Source: Candidatus Dormiibacterota bacterium (lineage in GTDB: Bacteria > Chloroflexota > Dormibacteria > Aeolococcales > Aeolococcaceae). From it: a DNA stretch of 64,000 bases. This document shows positions 30,368-39,977 of the stretch, in pieces. Below the pieces are notes generated by a model. It was not told where the DNA came from and ran no database searches. It saw only the letters and a list, made by a program, of their open reading frames with translations. The stretch spans positions 1,184,001 through 1,248,000 of the forward strand of contig OY970355.1 of the NCBI GenBank assembly GCA_963718525.1, in the 5' to 3' direction. Position 1 is the stretch's first letter; each line of letters begins with the position of its first letter. The position numbers and the translations under genes are program-made.

Positions 30368-31801
30368 TCACCCGAGACGGGCGCGCGCCGCACGCAGCCG
30401 TTGCAGCGTCGTGTCCTTTCCCAGAAACGCCATAGCCTCGATGACCGGCAATCCAGCGGGTGAGCCCAGGATGGCGATATACAGCACGCGGAAGGCGTCG
30501 CGAGGCTTGACGCCCGACCTCTCGGCCGCTCCGCGAAGCCGCTCGAGCATCGCGTCGTGGTTCTCGAGCAACCCCTCCTCGACGACCTCGATGCAGGCAT
30601 CGATCATCGCCATCGCGGTGGTGCGATCGATCTTCTTCGGAGGGAACTCGGCGGTCGGATCGATGCTGACCTCGCCGAGCAGCGGCGCGCAGAGTTGTGT
30701 CGCGTCGGCGAGGGTCACCATCCGATCGCGGAGCAGCGGCACCAACGCGCGTCGGGTCTCCTTGCTCGTACCAGGAAGGTGATACTCGAGCGCCTCGATC
30801 AGCTCGTCGACGCTCATGCGACGGATGTGGATTCCATTCAGGTCGTCGAGTCGCTTCGGGTCGAAGATGGCCGGCGCGGCGTTGACGCGGTCGAGGGTGA
30901 ACCGCTCGACCAACTCGTCGAGCGTGAACACCTCCTGTCCGTCGCCTGATGACCAGCCGAGGAGTGCGATCGTGTTGACGATCGCCGCGGGCAGGTAGCC
31001 GAGCTCGCCGTACTCGAGGACGTTGCGGGCCCCGCGACGCTTGCTGAGCTTTTGATGATCCGGCCCGAGCACCGCGGGAACGTGCGCGAATCGCGGGGCA
31101 TCCCAGCCGAACGCCGCATACAGCGCCAGGTGTTTCGGCGTCGATGGGATCCATTCGTCGGAGCGGATCACGTGGGTGATCTCCATGAGGTGATCGTCGA
31201 CGACGACGGCGAGGTGATACGTCGGAAACCCGTCGGACTTGAGCAGGACCTGGTCGTCGATGTCGGCGTTCTCGAAGCTCACGTGGCCGCGGACCAGGTC
31301 ATCCCACGCGGTGGTGCCATCCGGCATCCGGAGTCGCACCACGGCGGCCATCCCGTTGGCTCGCTCCAGCGCCACCTCCGCCTGCCGCGTGAGGCACCGG
31401 CGGTCGTAACGGGTCGCCTCCGAGCGTGCGCGTTGCGCGTCGCGCATGGCGGCGAGGCGTACCGGCGTGCACGTGCACCAGTAGGCGTGGCCGTTTTCGA
31501 CGAGCCTGTCCGCGTGCTCGCGGTACGTGGCGATCCGCAGCGACTGGATGTACGGGGCGTGCGGACCTTCGACCTCGGGTCCCTCATCCCAGGTGAGCCC
31601 CAGCCAGCTGAGGGTCTCGAGGATGAGCGCCTCGGTCCCGGGGATGTAGCGTTCCTGGTCGGTATCCTCGATCCGCAGGATGAAGTTGCCGCCGTCGTGC
31701 CGGGCGGCGAGCCACGCGAACAGGGCCGTGCGAACAGACCCGAAATGCAACGCGCCGGTTGGTGATGGCGCGAAACGGGTGCGAACCCGCGCGTCCGGCA
31801 C
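30368..31801 (-). CDS. gltX: Glutamate--tRNA ligase
   Basis: RTRFAPSPTGALHFGS, LRIEDTD, PYIQS.R, GFPTYHLAVVVDDHLM.ITHVIR and KLSKR, with a full anticodon-binding domain. Confidence 0.96.
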   Translation of the reverse strand: MPDARVRTRFAPSPTGALHFGSVRTALFAWLAARHDGGNFILRIEDTDQERYIPGTEALILETLSWLGLTWDEGPEVEGPHAPYIQSLRIATYREHADRLVENGHAYWCTCTPVRLAAMRDAQRARSEATRYDRRCLTRQAEVALERANGMAAVVRLRMPDGTTAWDDLVRGHVSFENADIDDQVLLKSDGFPTYHLAVVVDDHLMEITHVIRSDEWIPSTPKHLALYAAFGWDAPRFAHVPAVLGPDHQKLSKRRGARNVLEYGELGYLPAAIVNTIALLGWSSGDGQEVFTLDELVERFTLDRVNAAPAIFDPKRLDDLNGIHIRRMSVDELIEALEYHLPGTSKETRRALVPLLRDRMVTLADATQLCAPLLGEVSIDPTAEFPPKKIDRTTAMAMIDACIEVVEEGLLENHDAMLERLRGAAERSGVKPRDAFRVLYIAILGSPAGLPVIEAMAFLGKDTTLQRLRAARARLG

Positions 31802-31811
31802 TAGGACAAGC

Positions 31812-32270
31812 TCAGTGCGGCGCGAAGAGCACGAGCGTCAGGATCGTCCATGCGAGCAACCCGACGATGAGCATCGGCGCGTCGAGGTTCGAGACCACCA
31901 CCGACATCACTCGCGGCGATCCCCCGCCGCTCGGCGAGGTGGCGGCGTCACCGACTCGGACAACCCCGGGCGGCTTGCCGACGTCGGCCATCCCCCAGGG
32001 CGGAGGTGGCGCGAGTGGCGTGCCCCGAGGTGTGATGTGCACCTCCTCGTCCTGACGGCGCAGCTTTTCCTCGTACAGGATGCCGGCGATCAGGAACGTC
32101 CCAAGACCGCCCGTCGCCACGCCCATCGCAATCAGGATGATGCCGAGCGCGGTGTTGAGGTAATCGTTGTAGACGTGGCCGCCGAGCAGGTCGAGAATCC
32201 CCCCGACAATCAGCGCGAGCGCAACCAGGCCGAAGCCCACCGTCTTGCCGACAATCTCCCGGATTGGCAT
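31812..32270 (-). CDS. Hypothetical membrane protein (3 TM)
   Basis: Two N-terminal and one C-terminal hydrophobic helices separated by a Pro-rich loop. Lies 10 bp upstream of gltX. Confidence 0.65.
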   Translation of the reverse strand: MPIREIVGKTVGFGLVALALIVGGILDLLGGHVYNDYLNTALGIILIAMGVATGGLGTFLIAGILYEEKLRRQDEEVHITPRGTPLAPPPPWGMADVGKPPGVVRVGDAATSPSGGGSPRVMSVVVSNLDAPMLIVGLLAWTILTLVLFAPH

Positions 32271-32348
32271 GCCGGGAGTATACCGGCGTGCTGAGTTCGA
32301 TTCGCGGCGGGTGTCGTGCCACCGCTCGAACCTAAGATTGGCGGTCGC

Positions 32349-32420
32349 GCCCGCATCGTCTAGCGGTCAGGACACCACCCTTTCAAGGTGGTAACCGGGG
32401 TTCGACTCCCCGTGCGGGTA
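32349..32420 (+). tRNA. tRNA-Glu (TTC), CCA not encoded
   Basis: Acceptor GCCCGCA/TGCGGGT plus A73, anticodon arm CCACC-CTTTCAA-GGTGG, T-arm CGGGG-TTCGACT-CCCCG. Confidence 0.95.
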
Positions 32421-32437
32421 CGCTGATCGCGCCAACG

Positions 32438-32917
32438 TCACTCGAGCTCGGTTGTTTCGGGCATCGAGATGTGGGGGCGGATGGCCGCGAGGAGCTCTCG
32501 CGCTCGCGCGAGTGCGTCGACGCCGATCACCGCACCGTGCGCATCCGCCCATGCCCTTTGCTTCGAGGCAATCCTCGCCAGCACCGATGTCCCTCGCGAA
32601 GTCAACGCTAGCAACTTGGCACGTCGATGATGGGGATTGGCCTGATACGCCGCCAGACCGTCGTCCACGAGCACGTCCGCGATGCGCTGGACCGGCTGAC
32701 GTGCCATGCCGCGCCGGCGGGCGATGTCAGAGACCGTTGCAGGCTCGTCCGCGATTGCTTCGAGGATGACCCATCGCGCCAGGGATTGATCGCCTTCCCG
32801 GGCAAGTGCCTCGCCGGCGGCGGTGACGAAATGGCCGAAACCGCCGACCTCCACGACGAACGACGTGAAGGCATCGCCGGCAGGCGTCCGCGCTCCGCGT
32901 TCCGGGTGAGTTGACAT
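32438..32917 (-). CDS. MarR family transcriptional regulator
   Basis: ARWVIL, TVSDIARRRGMARQPVQRIAD.L..DGL and NPHHRRAKL..LT. Confidence 0.88.
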   Translation of the reverse strand: MSTHPERGARTPAGDAFTSFVVEVGGFGHFVTAAGEALAREGDQSLARWVILEAIADEPATVSDIARRRGMARQPVQRIADVLVDDGLAAYQANPHHRRAKLLALTSRGTSVLARIASKQRAWADAHGAVIGVDALARARELLAAIRPHISMPETTELE

Positions 32918-32961
32918 CACAGTGTCAATCGCCTAGAATTCAGCATGACATCATGATGTCA
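32911..32961 (+). promoter_or_regulatory. Sigma70-type promoter with two TGACA-N6-TGTCA operators
   Basis: TTGACA (32911), 17-bp spacer, TAGAAT (32934). Palindromes TTGACATCACAGTGTCAA (32911-32928) and perfect TGACATCATGATGTCA (32946-32961). Confidence 0.8.
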
Positions 32962-33011
32962 AACCTGGAGCGAGTTCGCAAGACAACAGGGGTTGTGCAG
33001 GAGGTTTCGCG

Positions 33012-34196
33012 ATGACTGACGAGGCTGTTGCCGGCGCCACCAACCCCGATCCGATCGAGTCGTTCCACATCGACGTGCCGGACTCGGAGCTCGAGGATCT
33101 GCGCTTGCGCCTCGAGCAAACTCGGTGGCCCGACGAGCTTCCCGGAACCGGCTGGGACTACGGTGTGCCGCTCGACTACGTCCGCGAGCTTGTCGACTAC
33201 TGGCGCAGCGGCTACGACTGGCGTGCCCAGGAGGCCGGCCTCAATGCCTTCGAGCAGGGGCGCACGAGCATCGACGGCCAGCAGTTGCACTTCCTGCACG
33301 TCCGCTCGCCCGAGACCAATGCGCTCCCGCTGCTCATGATCCATGGATGGCCCGGTTCCATCGCCGAGTTCCTCGAAGTCATCGGCCCGCTCACCGACCC
33401 CGTGGCGCACGGCGGCAACCCGTCCGACGCCTTTCACCTCGTGGTGCCCTCGCTGCCGGGGTTCGGCTTCTCCGGTCCCACAATGGACCGCGGGTGGAAC
33501 AGCGGCCGCACCGCCGCCGCCTTCGCCGAGCTGATGCGCCGCCTCGGGTACGACCGCTACGGGGCGCAGGGTGGCGATCTCGGCGCGCTCGTCGCGCCCG
33601 AGCTCGGTCATGTCGACGCCGATCATGTGGTCGGAATCCACGTCAATGCCGCGACCGTCGGTTTCATTCCCTTCGGCGACCTCGATGCGAGCGAACTCGC
33701 GACGCTGACGGAGGTCGAACGGGAACGTGTCGAGCAGATCAAGCAATTTCTCTCGCCGGCCGGGAGCGCGTACTTTCAGGTTCAGGGGACCAGGCCACAG
33801 GTGATCGGCTTCGCGCTCACGGACTCGCCAGTCGGGCAGCTGACCTGGGCGCTCGACCGGATGGCCGCATGGACACAGGGACCGATCGCTGAGGCGCTGA
33901 CGCGCGACCAGATTCTCACCAACGTGATGGTGTACTGGACGACGAGAACAGCGACGTCTGCGGCGCGCATGTACTACGAGAACATGCACGCACCCATGTC
34001 GTGGGGGCGCGCGCCGTCACCGACACCGGTCGGCGTCGCGGCATTCGCCGAAGATGTCTCGATCCGGCGATACGCGGAGCGTGGCCACAACATCACGCAC
34101 TGGAGTGACTTCGAGCGCGGCGGGCATTTCGCCGCGATGGAGGCACCGGATCTGCTCATCGGCGACGTCCGTGAGTTCTTTCGTGGGCTGCGGTGA
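33012..34196 (+). CDS. Epoxide hydrolase (microsomal/EHN type)
   Basis: EHN N-terminus, HGWPGS, PSLPGFGFS, QGGDLG (nucleophile Asp), DSPVG and GGHFAAME. Confidence 0.93.
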   Translation: MTDEAVAGATNPDPIESFHIDVPDSELEDLRLRLEQTRWPDELPGTGWDYGVPLDYVRELVDYWRSGYDWRAQEAGLNAFEQGRTSIDGQQLHFLHVRSPETNALPLLMIHGWPGSIAEFLEVIGPLTDPVAHGGNPSDAFHLVVPSLPGFGFSGPTMDRGWNSGRTAAAFAELMRRLGYDRYGAQGGDLGALVAPELGHVDADHVVGIHVNAATVGFIPFGDLDASELATLTEVERERVEQIKQFLSPAGSAYFQVQGTRPQVIGFALTDSPVGQLTWALDRMAAWTQGPIAEALTRDQILTNVMVYWTTRTATSAARMYYENMHAPMSWGRAPSPTPVGVAAFAEDVSIRRYAERGHNITHWSDFERGGHFAAMEAPDLLIGDVREFFRGLR

Positions 34197-34217
34197 GCGG
34201 CCACGGCTCGGATGCCG

Positions 34218-35744
34218 CTAGCTGCCGGCGGCGTCGGTGCCAGTCCGCAGCGGCGGCCCATCGACCGCGCAGTGGAAGGGTTCCTCCACCGATCGCCGCT
34301 TCGCTCCCGGGCGCTGGGCGTTCCGGATGGTGGCGGCGGCGAGCAGGCCGCCCGCCGCGCAGATCACCGACGCGATGAACGCCGCGTGCTGAAAGCCGGT
34401 CTCGAACACCGCAGGGTGGAGGTAGCTGTCGCCGGTGATGCCGGCGACAGCAGGGAGCAGCGCGACCGCGAGCAGGCTGCCCGTGCGGGCCACGGTGTTG
34501 TTGACCGCGGACGCGAGACCGCTTCGTTCCGCTGGCGCGGAGGACATCGCGGTTGCGGTGAGCGGCGCGACCGTGATCGCGAGCCCGAGACCGAACACCA
34601 GCACGGCCGGCAGCACCTCCACGAGGTAGTTGCCACCGGCGTTGATCCGTGCAAAGAGGGCGAGCCCCGCGGCGACGACGAGCGGTCCGGCCGACATCTG
34701 CAGGCGCGGTCCGATCCGTGCGGAGAGTGCGCCCGACCGCGATGAGAGCGCGAACATCATGAACGTGATCGGCAGCAGTGACGCGCCTGCGGCGGTGGGC
34801 CCGTAGTGCGATACCTGCTGGAGTTCGATGGGCAACAGGAAGAACATTCCCCCGAGCATCCCGTAGATCAGCAGCGTGACCGCGTTGGTGGCGCTGAACT
34901 GGCGGGACTTGAAGATGTCAAGCGGAACAATCGGCGCGCGCACGCGCAACTCGACGACCACGAACGCGACGGCGGCGACGGCTCCGATGAGGAGAGCACC
35001 GAGAACAACGTTGGACCCCCAGTTGCCGCTTGACCCCTGGATGAGCCCGTACGAGATGCCGACGAGCGCCAGCACGGTGAGCACGCTCCCGGCGAAGTCG
35101 ATGTCGCCGGTGGCGTTCGGATCCCGCGACTCTGGGACATGGCGCATCGCGATGAAGATCACGGCGACGGCTATCGGCAGGTTGATCAGGAAGATCAGGC
35201 GCCACGACACCGCGGTGATCAAAAACCCGCCGACGAACGGTCCCAGTGCGGTGGCAACACCGCCGAGCCCGGACCAGGCGCCGATGGCGCGGCCGCGGTC
35301 CTCCTTCACAAACGACGCCTCGAGGATGGCGAGGCTTCCCGGCGTGAGCAGCGCGCCGCCGATACCCTGCAGGCCTCGTGCCGCGATCAGCAGGCCGATG
35401 TTGGGTGCGATCGCGCAGATCAGCGAAGCGATCGCGAACCACGTCACCCCGATGACGAAGATGCGCCTGCGCCCGTAGCGATCGGTCAGCGCGCCGGCGA
35501 GCAGGATGAGGCCGGCGACCGTGAGCAGGTATCCGGCAGACACCCACTGCAAGCCGGAGATCTGAGCGTGGAATTCCTTGCCGATCGCCGGCTGCGCGAT
35601 GCCGACGACGGTGGCGTCGAGCTGCGCCATCGCGCTGCCGAGCACCGTCGCGGTGAGCACCCACCGCCCGCGGGCCGTGGCCAGATGGAGGCCGTCGGAG
35701 ACTGGTGCGGTCCCGGCTCCCGGTGAGGGTCCCGCTTTAGTCAC
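34218..35744 (-). CDS. MFS efflux transporter (DHA2 type, 14 TM)
   Basis: LDATVV, GALTDRYGRRR motif A, ARGLQGIGGALL.P and WRLIFLINLP. GTG start overlaps the upstream stop. Confidence 0.92.
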   Translation of the reverse strand: MTKAGPSPGAGTAPVSDGLHLATARGRWVLTATVLGSAMAQLDATVVGIAQPAIGKEFHAQISGLQWVSAGYLLTVAGLILLAGALTDRYGRRRIFVIGVTWFAIASLICAIAPNIGLLIAARGLQGIGGALLTPGSLAILEASFVKEDRGRAIGAWSGLGGVATALGPFVGGFLITAVSWRLIFLINLPIAVAVIFIAMRHVPESRDPNATGDIDFAGSVLTVLALVGISYGLIQGSSGNWGSNVVLGALLIGAVAAVAFVVVELRVRAPIVPLDIFKSRQFSATNAVTLLIYGMLGGMFFLLPIELQQVSHYGPTAAGASLLPITFMMFALSSRSGALSARIGPRLQMSAGPLVVAAGLALFARINAGGNYLVEVLPAVLVFGLGLAITVAPLTATAMSSAPAERSGLASAVNNTVARTGSLLAVALLPAVAGITGDSYLHPAVFETGFQHAAFIASVICAAGGLLAAATIRNAQRPGAKRRSVEEPFHCAVDGPPLRTGTDAAGS

Positions 35745-36393
35745 CCCATTCGACGTCGCCGAAGAAGCCCGCGGGTTTAGGGTGACGCTGATACGCGGCG
35801 ACACCGCTCCGACTGGCGGCGATCGTGGTGGTCGTCCCGTGGCCCGGGAGCACGACCGTTTCCGCCGGCAATGGCAGCAACTTGGAAGTGATGCTCGCCA
35901 TGATGGTTTCGAGGTCGCCGCGCGCGCTGGTCTTGCCCGGGCCACCGGCAAAGAGCGTGTCGCCGGAGATCACGGCCCTGCCGATGCGCAGCGAGATGCT
36001 GCCCGGCGTGTGCCCCGGAGTGTGGATTACGGCGATCCGAACGTTGCCGACGGGAACCTCTGCGCCGTCGTCGAGGCGACCGTCGATGCGCTCCTCTGGA
36101 ATCCTGATCTCGCTGCTCCCGACCAGGACCGGCGCCCCCGTTGCGGCGCGGACGGCGTCGTACGTCATCCAGTGATCTGGGTGCCAGTGGGTGGCGATGA
36201 CTGTCTGCACGCCGCCCTCGGCGGCAACGGCTTCGAGCAACGGCCCCTCATCCAGGGGCATGTCGACGAGCGCCGCCGCCCCGGCGCTGACGTCGCGCAC
36301 CACGTACGCGTTGTTCCCGTACGGGCCCATCGGCCCGATCTTGACGATGCGGATATCACCGTCCTCGAAGGTGGTGATCTCAGCGCCGGCCAC
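35737..36393 (-). CDS. MBL-fold metallo-hydrolase (glyoxalase II-like)
   Basis: THWHPDH, HTPGHTPGS, SGDTLF and VLPGHG..TTI. Confidence 0.9.
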   Translation of the reverse strand: MAGAEITTFEDGDIRIVKIGPMGPYGNNAYVVRDVSAGAAALVDMPLDEGPLLEAVAAEGGVQTVIATHWHPDHWMTYDAVRAATGAPVLVGSSEIRIPEERIDGRLDDGAEVPVGNVRIAVIHTPGHTPGSISLRIGRAVISGDTLFAGGPGKTSARGDLETIMASITSKLLPLPAETVVLPGHGTTTTIAASRSGVAAYQRHPKPAGFFGDVEWGD

Positions 36394-37030
36394 TCGCCAC
36401 CGTCTTCGCGGGCCGCTTCTTCGCTGCGGGCGATGGCTTGGCGTCGCCTTGCACCGCCGCCTCGGCTCGCAACTTCGCCTTGAAAGCGCGCTTCTGCGCC
36501 TGGTAGTGCTCGCGCTCCGCCACCGTCCGCACGTCTGCGAGGGTCGGCCAATCGGGAGCGACCTTCTCCCATCCCTCGAGCCGCACGCCGAGGTGCTTGG
36601 CGACGACGCCGACCATCACCCGCGCTTTGGCGGTGCCGAATCCGGGCAGCGCCGCGAACCGCCGCAGCAGATCCTTCGCGTCCTTGGCTTCAGTCCAGAT
36701 CCTGGTTGGATCTCCACCGTAGTCCGTGGCGATGATCTGGCAGAGCGTGTACACGCGTCGCGCCATGCTGACGGGAAAGCGATGCAGCGCCGGCGGGGTC
36801 TGGAACGCCTGCTCGACCTTGGAGGGGTCCATGCGCGCGACCTCGGCCGGGTCGATGGTGCCGAGTCGCTCCCGCATGCGCAGTGGACCCTGGAACGCCC
36901 ACTCGATCGGCACCTGCTGATCGAGGCAGAACCCAATAAGGAGCGCGGTGGGATCCTCACTGACAAGTCGATCCGCCGCGGGGTCGCCGGTCCACGCGAG
37001 TCGAAGGGTGGTCGCTGCCGTCTTGGCCAC
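36380..37030 (-). CDS. HhH-GPD superfamily base-excision repair-like protein
   Basis: ALLIG..LDQQVP.EWAF.GP, PALHRFP.SMA and LPGFG..KA. Start placed at GTG 37030. Confidence 0.85.
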   Translation of the reverse strand: MAKTAATTLRLAWTGDPAADRLVSEDPTALLIGFCLDQQVPIEWAFQGPLRMRERLGTIDPAEVARMDPSKVEQAFQTPPALHRFPVSMARRVYTLCQIIATDYGGDPTRIWTEAKDAKDLLRRFAALPGFGTAKARVMVGVVAKHLGVRLEGWEKVAPDWPTLADVRTVAEREHYQAQKRAFKAKLRAEAAVQGDAKPSPAAKKRPAKTVASGRR

Positions 37031-37097
37031 GGCGTGTACGGTAGCGCGCCGCGGTTCGGAACTGAGGGACAAGCGCGCGACTGCGTACACTCGGCGC

Positions 37098-37391
37098 ATG
37101 TCGTGGCTCGGGCGTCTTTTGGGGTCGAAGCCACCGGCTGCGCCGCTGAACAGCGTCGTCGTCGCGAGCGATCTCGTCCAGCCCCTGACCGCAGGTGGCG
37201 CCGGCCTCTCCACCGCGGTGGACACGGCGCTCCGAGCCTATCTGGAGGCGCAGGCCAAGGCGCTCGCCGCCGGCGAGCCTGAGCGCATTCCATTCTGGCT
37301 GCGGCGCGACGTGGATCAGGCCGGTGACCTCGAGGACGAGCTTCGCGATCGTGTCATCCAGCGGCGCGCGGCAGAGGACGAGGCACCCTGA
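37098..37391 (+). CDS. Hypothetical protein (97 aa)
   Basis: ATG start MSWLGRLLG, helical composition, immediately upstream of the ADH gene. Confidence 0.55.
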   Translation: MSWLGRLLGSKPPAAPLNSVVVASDLVQPLTAGGAGLSTAVDTALRAYLEAQAKALAAGEPERIPFWLRRDVDQAGDLEDELRDRVIQRRAAEDEAP

Positions 37392-37416
37392 CCCGCGCTC
37401 GCCGGGGAGGCTGAGG

Positions 37417-38460
37417 GTGCGAGCGCTCGTGTTCACGGACTTCGGCGCCATCGAGATTGCAGACGTGCCGAAACCGGGCCTCGAGGAGCCCGGTGATGCG
37501 TTGGTCCGTGTCACCAGAACCGCAATCTGCGGCAGCGACCTGCACGTGCTGCATGGACGGATTCCCGGAATGACCGCGGGCGGCGTTCTCGGGCATGAGT
37601 TCGTCGGTGTCGTCGAGGCCGTGGACGGCCTCGTGACCCGTGTCAGGGAGGGCGATCGAGTTGTCGGCTCGTTCACGATTCCCTGCGGCAGTTGCTGGTA
37701 CTGCGCGCGGCGGTTGTTCAGCCGGTGCCCGGATCAGCGCGTCTTCGGATACGGCTCGTTCTTCGGCGACGTCGCCGGCGCCCAGGCGGACTACGTTCGG
37801 GTGCCGAATGCCGACCTCGTCCTGCACGGCATTGACAACTCGATGAGCGACGAGCAGGCGCTGTTCGTCGGTGACATCTTCACCACCGGGTACGACTGCG
37901 CGAGTGAAGCGCGAATCGAACCGGGAGACGTCGTCACAGTGGTCGGATGCGGACCCGTCGGCCTCATGGCGATCCTCGGGTCACGTCGCTTCGAGCCCTC
38001 GACGATCTATGCCGTCGACACGGTGTCGCATCGCCTGGAAATGGCACAGACCCTCGGCGCGGTGCCCGTCGACGCGAACGACGTCCACGTCCCGAGCTTC
38101 GTCCAGGATCGCACCGGGGGCCGCGGCGCCGACGCCGTCCTGGAGTGTGTCGGGCTCGTTCCCGCGCTGCTCGACTGCCTCGACATCGCGCGAGCCGGCG
38201 GACGGATCAGCGTGATCGGTGTGCACAGCGACCAGGAGCTAGCGCTGCCACTCAACATCACATTCATCAAAGCCATCGACCTGAAGTTCTGCGGCACCGC
38301 CAACATCATCGGCAGATGGGACGACGCCATGGCGATGGTGACGAGCGGCGTCGCGCACCCTGACGCAATCATCTCGCACCGGCTGCGACTGGAGGACGCG
38401 GTGCTGGGCTACGAGTTGTTCGAGCGGCGCGAGGCGCTGAAGGTCGTGCTCACCCCGTAG
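37417..38460 (+). CDS. Zn-dependent alcohol/formaldehyde dehydrogenase family protein
   Basis: ICGSDLH, GHE, structural Zn site CGSCWYC...C, DIFTTG and GCGPVG. Confidence 0.92.
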   Translation: MRALVFTDFGAIEIADVPKPGLEEPGDALVRVTRTAICGSDLHVLHGRIPGMTAGGVLGHEFVGVVEAVDGLVTRVREGDRVVGSFTIPCGSCWYCARRLFSRCPDQRVFGYGSFFGDVAGAQADYVRVPNADLVLHGIDNSMSDEQALFVGDIFTTGYDCASEARIEPGDVVTVVGCGPVGLMAILGSRRFEPSTIYAVDTVSHRLEMAQTLGAVPVDANDVHVPSFVQDRTGGRGADAVLECVGLVPALLDCLDIARAGGRISVIGVHSDQELALPLNITFIKAIDLKFCGTANIIGRWDDAMAMVTSGVAHPDAIISHRLRLEDAVLGYELFERREALKVVLTP

Positions 38461-38480
38461 GGACGGCGTTTCGCGCTTTG

Positions 38481-38542
38481 TGGTGCCATTCTGGCCCAGG
38501 ATGGCTTGACATGGCATCAACTGTGGTGTCATAGTGGCGTCA
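38481..38542 (+). promoter_or_regulatory. Promoter with four TGGYRYCA boxes; probable leaderless transcript
   Basis: TTGACA at 38506, 18-bp spacer, CATAGT at 38530, ATG 6 bp later. Boxes TGGTGCCA (38481), TGGCATCA (38512), TGGTGTCA (38524) and TGGCGTCA (38535). Confidence 0.7.
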
Positions 38543-39072
38543 TGGATCTACGCCCCTTCGTCGACAGCATTCATCAACAGCTCGCCGATGCGGCCGACGC
38601 CGGCGGAGACGAGGCACGCGCCCTCGCCGAACGCCTTGCGGCGCCGCTCGACGCTGCCATCCGTCTGGCACTACAGGACGCGCTGGCAGCGGCAGCGGCC
38701 GAGATCACCTCCGAGCTCGCACCCGGATCCGTCGAACTCCGTCTCCGGGGACGCAATCCGGAATTCGTCGTCACGCCGCCGCCGGCGGAATCGGCTGCCG
38801 GCGACTTCGCCGGCACGCGCTATGACGGCGCGACATCTCCGGGACCGTTCGGCTCCGAGGACGTCGAGGACGGTGGGATGTCGCGCATCAATCTGCGCAT
38901 GCCCGAGCACCTCAAAGCACGGGTCGAGCGGGCCGCAAGCAGCGAGGGAGTCTCGGTGAACAGCTGGCTGGTTCGAGCCGCAGGTTCGGCGCTTGATCGA
39001 GTCGAATCGGGTCGCCGCCGCGATGGGCGCGCCGCCCCGGGACCAGGACGCTTCACGGGCTGGGTTCGCTAG
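38542..39072 (+). CDS. Ribbon-helix-helix (HicB-C-terminal-like) regulatory protein
   Basis: RINLRMPEHLKARVERAA..EGVSVNSWLVRA RHH, AAAEITSELAPGSVELRLRGR and C-terminal FTGWVR. Confidence 0.8.
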   Translation: MDLRPFVDSIHQQLADAADAGGDEARALAERLAAPLDAAIRLALQDALAAAAAEITSELAPGSVELRLRGRNPEFVVTPPPAESAAGDFAGTRYDGATSPGPFGSEDVEDGGMSRINLRMPEHLKARVERAASSEGVSVNSWLVRAAGSALDRVESGRRRDGRAAPGPGRFTGWVR

Positions 39073-39098
39073 CCCGTCCATATCAGAGGAGAGACTTC

Positions 39099-39977
39099 AT
39101 GCCCACTTTTGCAACCCCCGCCCCGATCATCGTCACCCTCGACATCGGCGTCGGCGACATCCGGATCACCGCGAGTAATCGGGCCGAGACCACAGTCGAG
39201 GTCCGACCAACCAACCCCGCGAAGCAGGCCGATGTGGCCGCTGCCGGGCAGACCCGAGTCGAGTTCTCCGACGGGCACCTCCAGATCAGGGGACCGAAGG
39301 GCTGGCGGCGCTACTCGCCGATCGGGCCCAAGGAATCGATCGATGTGCAGATCGAGCTTCCCGAGGGCTCGCAGCTTCGCGGGGAGGCCGGTATTGCCGC
39401 GTTGCACGGCGCCGGCACGCTCGGCGAATGCAAGTACACAACGGGCGTCGGCGACATTCAGCTCGATCGGACGGGTCCTGCACACCTCAGCACCGGGGTC
39501 GGCGACGTCTCGCTCGATCGCGCAAGTGGCCGCGCCCAGATCAGCTCCGGATCCGGCACCGTTCGAATCGGCACCGTGGACGGGACCGCGGACGTCAAAG
39601 GCGCCAATGGCGACACCTGGATCGGCGACGTCTCGCAAGACCTCAGGATCGTCTCCGCCAATGGGTCGATCTCCGTCGGCCATGCGCACGCAACCGTCGT
39701 CGCCAAGACCGCGAATGGGGACATTCGCATCGGCGACGTCGAGAGCGGGACAGTCGTCGCCAACACCGCGCTTGGCAAGGTCGAGATCGGGATTGGGCCC
39801 GGCGTCGCCGCATGGCTGGATCTCGACACGCATTTCGGCAAGGTGCACAACGAACTCGACGCGGCGGGGCCACCAAAGCCAGGCGAGCGAGCCGTCGACG
39901 TCCGCGCCCGCACGTCCTTCGGCGACATCACCGTGCACCGCGCCGTGACGGTCGGGACTGAGGCGGGCGTGGGATGA
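39099..39977 (+). CDS. DUF4097 family beta-strand repeat protein
   Basis: MPTFATPAPI start and repeated T..GD(I/V) units ending in RTSFGDI. Confidence 0.88.
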   Translation: MPTFATPAPIIVTLDIGVGDIRITASNRAETTVEVRPTNPAKQADVAAAGQTRVEFSDGHLQIRGPKGWRRYSPIGPKESIDVQIELPEGSQLRGEAGIAALHGAGTLGECKYTTGVGDIQLDRTGPAHLSTGVGDVSLDRASGRAQISSGSGTVRIGTVDGTADVKGANGDTWIGDVSQDLRIVSANGSISVGHAHATVVAKTANGDIRIGDVESGTVVANTALGKVEIGIGPGVAAWLDLDTHFGKVHNELDAAGPPKPGERAVDVRARTSFGDITVHRAVTVGTEAGVG

